Made by a program: the position numbers and the translations under genes. A stretch of 37,534 nucleotides of DNA from Gemmatimonadales bacterium (GTDB lineage Bacteria > Gemmatimonadota > Gemmatimonadetes > Gemmatimonadales > GWC2-71-9). Numbering within the stretch: position 1 is the stretch's first letter; each line of letters starts with the position of its first letter. Below, piece by piece: positions 31,090 through 37,534 of the stretch. The stretch covers positions 1 to 37,534 of the forward strand of contig DASUXZ010000098.1 of assembly GCA_036377655.1 (NCBI GenBank). Direction: 5' to 3'. A model generated the notes under the pieces. The model ran no database searches, was not told the DNA's origin, and saw nothing but the letters and a program-made list of their open reading frames with translations.

Positions 31090-32864
31090 GCGGCGCGCCC
31101 GCGCGACTGCGCCACCGCGCCCGCGGCGAGATAGGCCGCCAGGAAGGCGAGGCTTCCGCCGCTCGCGACCGCCCGCCCGGTCCAGCCCAGCTCGCTCGTC
31201 GAGACGAATCCTTCGATCAGACCCGAGACCACGAGGCAGGTGACCGCCGCCCCGACCATGCGGATGGCGCGGCGCCCCGCGAGCACGAGCGCGTCGCTCC
31301 GCGTGAGCGGTCCCGGCGCGATGATCGCGGTCCCGAGGAGGAACCCGGCCGCACCGGCCACCCAGATCGCGAAGAGCTCGAGCGCGCCGTGGCCGAGGAC
31401 GAACTGCGAGAGGTACCCGAACAGCCCTGCATTGGTGAAATGGCCGGCCGTCGCGCCGAGCTGGAGCCCGTTGAAGGCGAGGAGCACGAGCGAGCCGATG
31501 CCGAGGAAGGCGCCGCCGGCAAAGCAGTAGAAGGCGACACGCACGTTGTTCGCGATGATGCCCGACGCCGCGAGCGGCCGGCCGCCCGCGTCGATCTCGA
31601 CGAAGCCCTCCCCGGCGGCGCTCCGCTCGACGCCGACTTCCGCGCGCTCGAGCAGCACGTCCGGCAGCACCTCGGCCGCCACTTCCGGCCGCTCGCGGAC
31701 CAGCCGATAGCCGACCGTCCCGGGAATCATGAACGCGAGGAAGGCGGCGAGCACGTACCGGCGCGCCGCGACGACGGCCCCGGGGCACTCGAACGCGAGC
31801 ACCCGGCCGACGGTGCCGAGCCGATGCCCGTCGCCGCGGTAGAGCGCGTTGTGCCCCGCCGCGACGAGCCGCTCCACCCGGCGGACGACGTCGGGCGCCG
31901 CGCGGTACGTCCGGAGCCGCGCGAGGTCCGCGGCGATCTCGCGATAGCGCGCGGCGAAGTCGGGAAGCTCCGCCGGCGCGAGCGACTCGAGGCCGCCCGC
32001 CGCCGCGCGCCGCACGAGCACCTCGAACTCGGCCCAGCGGTCGCGCTGGGCGGCCTCGAGCTGCTCGGCGAGCCCGCCGCGCGCGGCGCCGCGCGTCCCG
32101 AGCGCGCCGCGCCGGCGCTCGAGCTCCGCCGCATGGAGCGCGAGCAGCGACTCGGCCGGGTCCCCCGCGCCGACGTCCGCCGAAACGATCGCGGCGTCGA
32201 GGCGGGCGGCGAGGTTGCGCGCCAGGCGGTCGCGTGCGGCGGGGGGAAGGTCGCCGGCCCGCGCGGCGAAGCCGGAGAGCAGGCGGAACTCGTCTTCGTC
32301 GAGCAGGGGCGCCGCGAGCGCCGGCTCGCCGCCGCGCGGCCTCGCGAGGGCCGGGCGCTCCTCCGGCCGGTCGCGCACGACGATCGTCCCGGCGGCGAGG
32401 TCGCCGATCCGCTTCCCGCGCGGATGAAGCGCCACGAGCACCGCGCCGGCGAGGTATGGCGGCGGCAGGAAATCGGCGATCCTGAGCAGATTGCGCACCG
32501 CCGCGGAGCCGAGGCTCACGGCGTGGCCCGTGTCCGCGACGACCCGGATGCCGAGGGCCCGCTTGCCCGGTGTCTGGCCGTTCCGCAGGCCTTCGAAGAA
32601 CGTGAAGTACCCGTACCACCCCGCGAAGGCGACCATCACGATCACGGCGCCTCCGAGGCGGCCGGGCGAGAACCCGGCCCGCGCCATGAGCGCGATCAGC
32701 AATCCGCCCGCGAGGCCGACGCCGCCCAGGATGACGAAGTCGAGGAGCGCCGCCGCCGCGCGCGAGCCGAGGCCGGCGATCTCGTAGTCGAGCACGACGT
32801 GCTCGGGCGTCTCGACCTCGAGGTGCTGGCGGAGGTCACGCGGGCCGGATTGCAGTGCGGGCAT
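31083..32864 (-). CDS. Fusion membrane protein: N-terminal RDD domain + C-terminal SpoIIM (DUF95)-like domain
   Basis: 593 aa. The RDD region reads YEIAGLGSRAAAALLDFVILG...FEGLRNGQTPGKRALGIRVV...VRNLLRIADFLP...GKRIGDLAAGTIVVRD. The middle is a helical Arg/Ala-rich domain containing FAARYREIAADLARLRTY. The SpoIIM-like region reads IIANNVRVAFYCFAGGAFLGIGSLVLLAFNGLQLGATAGHF...VLGHGALELFAIWVAGAAGFLLG. Confidence 0.75.
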   Translation of the reverse strand: MPALQSGPRDLRQHLEVETPEHVVLDYEIAGLGSRAAAALLDFVILGGVGLAGGLLIALMARAGFSPGRLGGAVIVMVAFAGWYGYFTFFEGLRNGQTPGKRALGIRVVADTGHAVSLGSAAVRNLLRIADFLPPPYLAGAVLVALHPRGKRIGDLAAGTIVVRDRPEERPALARPRGGEPALAAPLLDEDEFRLLSGFAARAGDLPPAARDRLARNLAARLDAAIVSADVGAGDPAESLLALHAAELERRRGALGTRGAARGGLAEQLEAAQRDRWAEFEVLVRRAAAGGLESLAPAELPDFAARYREIAADLARLRTYRAAPDVVRRVERLVAAGHNALYRGDGHRLGTVGRVLAFECPGAVVAARRYVLAAFLAFMIPGTVGYRLVRERPEVAAEVLPDVLLERAEVGVERSAAGEGFVEIDAGGRPLAASGIIANNVRVAFYCFAGGAFLGIGSLVLLAFNGLQLGATAGHFTNAGLFGYLSQFVLGHGALELFAIWVAGAAGFLLGTAIIAPGPLTRSDALVLAGRRAIRMVGAAVTCLVVSGLIEGFVSTSELGWTGRAVASGGSLAFLAAYLAAGAVAQSRGRAAY

Positions 32865-32877
32865 CCTGCGATACTAT
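32850..32877 (+). promoter_or_regulatory. Candidate sigma70-type promoter for the membrane protein-DUF4129-DUF4350-MoxR-DUF58 operon
   Basis: TTGCAG (32850-32855), 16 nt, TACTAT (32872-32877), about 55 nt upstream of the ATG at 32932. The -35 overlaps the first codons of the divergent gene. Confidence 0.45.
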
Positions 32878-32931
32878 GAGGGCGCGGCCGGAAGTCCAGT
32901 CGTCCGCGAAACGCTCACGGCGAGGAACTCG

Positions 32932-33780
32932 ATGACCGTCGCTCTCCGCCCGCTCTCGATGGGCGAGCTCCTGGATCACGCCTTCCGGCTCTTCCGGGAG
33001 CTCTTCGTTCCGCTCGTCCTGGTGCAGGTGATCTGTTCCTCCCTGCCGCTCCTCCTCAACCTGTTCGGCGCGGCGAGGGGAACCGGGCCAGGCGTCGGCG
33101 ACCTCGTCACCTACCTCATCGCATTCGTCCTCGGTTCCCTCGCGAGCGCCGCCACCGCGTACATCATCTCGGAGAACTACCTCGGGCGTCCGCTCGCCGC
33201 GGGGGACGCGCTGCGGCGGGCCGTTCCGAGGATCGGCGACGTGATGCTCCTCTCGCTCGGCGTCGGCTTCGTGGTGGTCGTCGCGGCCCTGCCGGCCATC
33301 CTCATGATCGGCGCCGGCTCGATGTTCACCGTCTACGCGGCGACGAGCGGCGAGGGAGGGCTCGCCGGCGGGGGGATCGGCATGGTCCTGCTCGGGCTCG
33401 CGCTGCTCGTCATTCCCTTCGCGGTCTTCTCGGGCCTGTCGGTCGCCACGCCTTCGCTCGTGCTCGAGCCGGCCAGCGCCGGCCGCGCGATGAGCCGGTC
33501 GTGGCAGCTCACCAAGGGCTTCCGGCTCCGGATCATCGGGCTCCTGTTCGTCGTCCTCGCGATCATCGTCGTCCCGATGTTCGCGCTCTCGATGATCGGG
33601 GCGATGTTCGGGAGCGGCGAGTCGCGTGCCGCCGAGGTCTTCTTCACGGCGGTGGTCGGGGTGGTGTCGCTCATCGTCACGCCACTCCTCTACTGCGTGC
33701 TCACGCTGCTCTACTACGACCTCCGCGTGCGCAAGGAAGGGTACGACCTCGAGGTGCTCGCGAACGAGCTGCCCGCCTGA
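32932..33780 (+). CDS. Polytopic membrane protein (UPF0259/DUF975-like family often found next to DUF4129 genes)
   Basis: 282 aa with 6-7 hydrophobic helices. The N-terminus is LSMGELLDHAFRLFRELF and the C-terminus is LLYYDLRVRKEGYDLEVLANEL. The family assignment is tentative. Confidence 0.6.
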   Translation: MTVALRPLSMGELLDHAFRLFRELFVPLVLVQVICSSLPLLLNLFGAARGTGPGVGDLVTYLIAFVLGSLASAATAYIISENYLGRPLAAGDALRRAVPRIGDVMLLSLGVGFVVVVAALPAILMIGAGSMFTVYAATSGEGGLAGGGIGMVLLGLALLVIPFAVFSGLSVATPSLVLEPASAGRAMSRSWQLTKGFRLRIIGLLFVVLAIIVVPMFALSMIGAMFGSGESRAAEVFFTAVVGVVSLIVTPLLYCVLTLLYYDLRVRKEGYDLEVLANELPA

Positions 33781-33784
33781 GCCG

Positions 33785-34396
33785 ATGCAGCAGCCCTCGC
33801 CGGACTCCCTCCGGAGCGTCCTCGACTCGGTCTTTTCGGGCGCGGCCTACGCGTGGCGGCCCGACAACGAGACGTCGGCGGCGCTCGTGCGGTACTGGCG
33901 GGCGCTGCTCGCCTGGCTCGCGGACATGAGCGAGGCGAACCCGCTGCTCTACCGGCTCCTCATCGCGGGCCTCGCCGCCGTGCTCGTGGCGATCCTGGCG
34001 CATGCCGCGTGGCTCCTCGTGCGCACGGTGCGCGGCGCGGCCGTCCCGCTGAACCCCGACCTCCCGGAGATCGTCCGCGAGCGGCGGACCGCCGGCTGGT
34101 ACTTCGACGCAGCCGACGCGGCCGCGTCCGGGGGGCGCTTCGCGGAGGCGCTCCAGCTCGGCTTCGTCGGCGTGGCGCTCACGCTCGAGGAGCGGGGGCT
34201 CCTCCGCTATCACCCCGGCAAGACGCCGGCGGAGTGCACCCGCGAGGCGCGCGTCGCCGGGGCGGACCGGGACCGGCTGCGGTCGCTCGTGCGGACGCTC
34301 TATGCGTGCGCGTTCGGCGGCCGGCGATGCACCGCGGAGGAGTACGCCGCGTGGCGATCGCTCGCCGCGGGGGAGTGGCATGCGGCCGCGCACTGA
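33785..34396 (+). CDS. DUF4129 domain membrane-anchored protein
   Basis: The ATG at 33785 lies 4 nt after the upstream stop. There is one TM helix (LLYRLLIAGLAAVLVAILAHAAWLLV). The DUF4129-like segment reads AASGGRFAEALQLGFVGVALTLEERGLLRYHPGKTPAECTREA...LVRTLYACAFGGRRCTAEEY. Confidence 0.7.
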   Translation: MQQPSPDSLRSVLDSVFSGAAYAWRPDNETSAALVRYWRALLAWLADMSEANPLLYRLLIAGLAAVLVAILAHAAWLLVRTVRGAAVPLNPDLPEIVRERRTAGWYFDAADAAASGGRFAEALQLGFVGVALTLEERGLLRYHPGKTPAECTREARVAGADRDRLRSLVRTLYACAFGGRRCTAEEYAAWRSLAAGEWHAAAH

Positions 34397-35567
34397 GCTC
34401 GCCGTCGCCCTCGCGGCGGTGCTCCTCCTCGGGGTCATCGTGATCGCGGCGGGCAGCCGCGGAACACGCCCGGAGGACCAGGATGTCCGCCGCTCGACGT
34501 ACCTCGCCGGGCCGTTCGGCGCGCGCGGCTACGCCGAGGCGGCGGGGCGCCTCGGGATCACGGTCGCGCGCCACCGCGCGCGCACGCGCGACCTCCCGAC
34601 GCGGCCGGACCTGGGCCCCGGGACGACCTGGGCCGTGCTCGACCCCGCGGCGCCGCTCTCGCCGCTCGATGCGCTCGAGCTCGCGCGCCTCGCCGGCTCG
34701 GGCACGTCGCTCATTCTCGCCGGACCCGGCGCGGAAGCGGCGATGGTCTGCTACGGCTACGCGAGGCGGGCGACCGGCCCCGCATCCGCGCGCTTCGGCG
34801 GGGAGGACCTCGCCGTACGCGCGGTGCTCTTCCGGCTTCCCGACTCGCTCGCGCACCGCCGGTCGCTCCTCGACGACGGATCGGACGTCGGCTGCGGGCC
34901 GATCGCGGCGCGGGCGGAGGTCCTGCTCGCGACATCGGAGGCGCCGGTCGCGATCCGGCTCACGCCCGACTCCGGCGGGACGGTGACGCTCGTGGCCGAT
35001 GGGCAGCTCTTCGCGAATCGCGCGCTCCGCGAGACCGCCGCCGGCGAGTTCGCGCTCGGCCTCGTCGCAGGTCGCACCGCCCGACTCGTGGTGGACGAGT
35101 ATCATCAGGGCTTCGGCCCGGGCGGGGGGATGCTGTCGGCCGTGCGGCGCTGGCTCGGCGACTCGCCGTGGGGATGGGCGGTGATCCACCTCTTCGCGGT
35201 GGCGGTGCTTGCGCTGCTCGTCGCCGCGGTGCGATTCGGCCCGCCCCGGCGCGTGATCGTCCGGCGGCGGCGGTCCCCGCTCGAGCACGTGCGCGCGCTC
35301 GCCAATGCGCTCGCGGCGGCGCGGGGGCACGACGAGGCGATCGCGCTCCTGGCCCGCGGGCTCCGCCGCCGGCTCGCCCGTCCCGGCGAGCAGCTCCGCG
35401 GGGACGTGCGGGTCTGGCTCGCTTCGCTCGCGCGCCGCGTCTCGACGCCCCGGGCCGCCGCGGCGGTCGCAACACTCCAGTCGCTGACTCGCGGGGGGGC
35501 CGACGCCGTCGGCGTCCGCCGCGCCGCCCTTGCCGTGGAGGAGCTGTGGCAGGAACTGAAACCGTAG
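34380..35567 (+). CDS. DUF4350-like protein (N-terminal TM, periplasmic/extracytoplasmic domain, second TM, C-terminal helical region)
   Basis: The internal ATG 34380 overlaps the upstream gene by 17 nt. Motifs: MRPRTELAVALAAVLLLGVIVIAAG, STYLAGPFGARGYAEAAGRLG, LILAGPG, VTLVADGQLFANRAL, VVDEYHQGFG, and second TM WGWAVIHLFAVAVLALLVAAV. Confidence 0.65.
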   Translation: MRPRTELAVALAAVLLLGVIVIAAGSRGTRPEDQDVRRSTYLAGPFGARGYAEAAGRLGITVARHRARTRDLPTRPDLGPGTTWAVLDPAAPLSPLDALELARLAGSGTSLILAGPGAEAAMVCYGYARRATGPASARFGGEDLAVRAVLFRLPDSLAHRRSLLDDGSDVGCGPIAARAEVLLATSEAPVAIRLTPDSGGTVTLVADGQLFANRALRETAAGEFALGLVAGRTARLVVDEYHQGFGPGGGMLSAVRRWLGDSPWGWAVIHLFAVAVLALLVAAVRFGPPRRVIVRRRRSPLEHVRALANALAAARGHDEAIALLARGLRRRLARPGEQLRGDVRVWLASLARRVSTPRAAAAVATLQSLTRGGADAVGVRRAALAVEELWQELKP

Positions 35568-36529
35568 CGCCGATCGACGCCGCCCGCGCCGCCGAGCAGG
35601 GCGAGGCCATCCTGTCGCAGCTCGGACACGTGGTGCTCGGGCAGCCGTCCGCGCTCCGGGAGGCGCTCGCGGCGCTCGTCGCCCGGGGGCACGTCCTTCT
35701 CGAAGGCGTGCCCGGCACCGCCAAGACCCTGCTCGTGCGGACGCTCGCGCAGGTGTTCGGGCTTTCGTTCCGGCGGATCCAGTTCACGCCCGACCTCATG
35801 CCGTCGGACGTCACCGGCATCAACCTGCTCGGTGGCGGCGGCAGCTTCACCTTCCGCCCGGGTCCGATCTTCGGCGACCTCGTCCTCGCCGACGAGATCA
35901 ACCGCGCGCCCGCGAAGACCCAGGCCGCGCTGCTCGAGGCGATGCAGGAGCGGAGCGTCACGGTGGACGGCACGTCGCATCCGCTTCCACCCGCCTTCAC
36001 CGTGTTCGCGACGCAGAACCCGATCGAGTTCGAGGGGACCTATCCGCTCCCGGAAGCGGAGCTCGACCGGTTCCTCGTGAAGGTGAGCCTCGGGTACCCG
36101 GCGGCGGAGGTCGAGCAGGGGATTCTCGCCCGGGTCCTCGAGGGTTTCGAGGCGGACGATCCGGCGAGCTTCGGCGTCACGCAGGTGCTCGACGGACCGG
36201 GACTCGCGGCGCTCAGGCGCGCCGCGCGCGCGGTGCGGGTGGAGCCGAGCCTCACCGGCTACATCACGGCGATCGTGCGTGCCACCCGCGACGCGCCGGC
36301 CCTCACCCTCGGCGCCTCGCCGCGCGCCTCGGTCGCGCTCCTCAAGGTGAGCCAGGCGACGGCGCTGCTCGACGGCCGGACCTTCGTGACGCCGGACGAC
36401 GTGAAGGCGCTCGCGCCCGCCGTGCTGCGCCATCGTGTGGCCGTCGCGCCCGAGCTCGAGCTCGAGGGCGTCGCCGCGGACGCGGCGCTCGCCTCGATCA
36501 TCGAGCGGATCGAGGTGCCGCGCACGTGA
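35546..36529 (+). CDS. MoxR-family AAA+ ATPase
   Basis: Motifs: Walker A HVLLEGVPGTAKT, RIQFTPDLMPSDVTG, Walker B LVLADEINRAPAKTQAALLEAMQE, VFATQNPIEFEGTYPLPEAELDRF, GASPRAS. The proposed GTG start at 35546 follows GGAGGAG but with short spacing, and it overlaps the upstream gene end. The start is uncertain. Confidence 0.85.
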   Translation: MAGTETVAPIDAARAAEQGEAILSQLGHVVLGQPSALREALAALVARGHVLLEGVPGTAKTLLVRTLAQVFGLSFRRIQFTPDLMPSDVTGINLLGGGGSFTFRPGPIFGDLVLADEINRAPAKTQAALLEAMQERSVTVDGTSHPLPPAFTVFATQNPIEFEGTYPLPEAELDRFLVKVSLGYPAAEVEQGILARVLEGFEADDPASFGVTQVLDGPGLAALRRAARAVRVEPSLTGYITAIVRATRDAPALTLGASPRASVALLKVSQATALLDGRTFVTPDDVKALAPAVLRHRVAVAPELELEGVAADAALASIIERIEVPRT

Positions 36530-37534
36530 TCCTGCCGACGCGCCGCTGGATCGCCGGCGCCGCGGCGGCCGCCGTCCTCGCTCCGCTGGCGGCCATCGCG
36601 CCCGACCTGCTCGGGCTGTACCTCGTCGCCGTGCCGCTGTGGGTGGCGCTCTTCCTGTTCGACGGGGGGCGCGCCGCCCGTCATCCGTTGCGGATGGAGC
36701 GGGAGCCGCCGCCGGCATTCTCGGTCGGCCGCACCCTCGCCGTGACGTATCGGTGGATCCTCGGCGGGGCCGCGCCGCAATTCATCCGCGTTCGCGAGCT
36801 GTTTCCCGACCCGCTCGGCGGCGCCGGCGTCCCCGAGCGCGTCATCCGCCTCATTCCCGGCGCGAACGAGGAGCGGCTGGACGTCACGCCGGTGCGGCGA
36901 GGCATCGGGACCGGCGGAAAGACGACGGTCCGGCGCCTCGGCCCGCTCGGCCTCGCCTGGCGGCAGGACACGCTGGACGCGCCGTGGGAGGCGACGGTCT
37001 TTCCGCGGCTCGCCGGCGCCTCGCTGCGCGCCCTGCCCACGCGCGCCGCGCGGCAGCGGGAAGCGGGCCTCCGGGCCATGCGCCGTCCGGGAGAGGGCCG
37101 GCTCTTCGAGAGCCTCCGCGAATGGATTCCCGGCGAGGACACGCGGATCATCGACTGGAAGGCGACCGCGCGGCGGGGCAAGACGATCGCGCGCGTCTAC
37201 GAAGACGAGCGCCGGCAGCAGGTGCTTCTCGTCGTGGACGCCGGGCGGCTGCTCACCTCGGAATCGGACGGCGTTCCGCGGCTCGAGGCGGCCATCGAGG
37301 CCGCGCTCCAGCTCGCGCACGCGGCGGTGCAGCAGGACGACGACGTCGGGATCCTCGTCTTCGCCGATACGATCCAGGCGTACGCGCCGCCGGCGCGGGG
37401 GCGGCGCGGGCTCCGGGCGGTTCTTGCGGCGCTCGCCGCGGTGGAAGGCAAGCTCGTCGAGAGCGACTATCCGTCGGCCTTCCGCTACATCGCCGCGCGG
37501 AGCAGGAAGCGGGCGCTCACGGTGCTCTTCACCG
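36526..37534 (+). CDS. DUF58 (vWA-like) protein, 3'-truncated by the window end
   Basis: This ORF is not in the track because it runs off the window. My translation from the GTG at 36526 (GTGA overlap with the MoxR stop) reads VILPTRRWIAGAAAAAVLAPLAAIAPDLLGLYLVAVPLWVALFLF (2 TM). It continues ...GEGRLFESLREWIPGEDTRIIDWKATARRGKTIARVYEDERRQQVLLVVDAGR...VGILVFAD, which is the DUF58 signature. Confidence 0.8.
   Translation, partial: MILPTRRWIAGAAAAAVLAPLAAIAPDLLGLYLVAVPLWVALFLFDGGRAARHPLRMEREPPPAFSVGRTLAVTYRWILGGAAPQFIRVRELFPDPLGGAGVPERVIRLIPGANEERLDVTPVRRGIGTGGKTTVRRLGPLGLAWRQDTLDAPWEATVFPRLAGASLRALPTRAARQREAGLRAMRRPGEGRLFESLREWIPGEDTRIIDWKATARRGKTIARVYEDERRQQVLLVVDAGRLLTSESDGVPRLEAAIEAALQLAHAAVQQDDDVGILVFADTIQAYAPPARGRRGLRAVLAALAAVEGKLVESDYPSAFRYIAARSRKRALTVLFT

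Noticed and set aside
1-37534. Mobile elements, prophage remnants, genomic-island boundaries, rRNA/tRNA genes and CRISPR arrays.
   Set aside because: I found no transposase, integrase or recombinase motifs and no long terminal inverted or direct repeats. There is no tRNA to serve as an integration site, and no obvious compositional break apart from short AT-rich promoter patches. The window reads as core chromosome.

Overview
This is a very GC-rich bacterial chromosomal window. A beta-barrel OMP, a lipoprotein-type MltG and a secreted S46 peptidase point to a diderm host; the phylum cannot be fixed without a database search. I call 32 protein-coding genes, the last one truncated by the window end. 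I found no rRNA, tRNA, CRISPR array, transposase or integrase. Most long ORFs in the track are antisense or out-of-frame shadows typical of high-GC DNA (Arg/Ala/Pro/Gly-rich, no motifs), so I kept only ORFs with recognisable family motifs or tight operon context.

Layout, left to right:
- (i) An exopolysaccharide-control corner. It holds an atypical receiver plus degenerate-GGDEF regulator and a Wzc-type tyrosine autokinase preceded by a sigma54-type -24/-12 promoter. A divergent NtrC-family sigma54 activator and a soluble histidine kinase sit alongside.
- (ii) A MARF1-like NYN plus 2x LOTUS/OST-HTH protein with an Arg-rich tandem repeat, translationally coupled to 3-methyladenine DNA glycosylase. 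An S46 peptidase and an OMP follow.
- (iii) A roughly 10 kb minus-strand chain of tightly coupled genes: CDF transporter, hypothetical, orphan Cys-type formate-dehydrogenase alpha-like molybdoenzyme, GT-C membrane glycosyltransferase, tdh, a formyltransferase-like/beta-propeller-like fusion, and kbl.
- (iv) An orphan sdpR/sdpI-like module plus a secreted hydrolase, with an AT-rich palindromic operator.
- (v) Housekeeping genes: rlmI, thiE, mltG, ruvX, rho with a C-rich leader, and a site-2 protease.
- (vi) A two-gene small-protein cassette that includes a 61-aa stand-alone HisKA/DHp mini-protein.
- (vii) A divergent RDD-SpoIIM fusion gene facing a membrane protein-DUF4129-DUF4350-MoxR-DUF58 operon.

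The best candidates for uncharacterised biology are (vii), the NYN-LOTUS protein, the gene inserted between tdh and kbl, and the stand-alone DHp protein. All domain calls come from reading motifs by eye; no searches were run.
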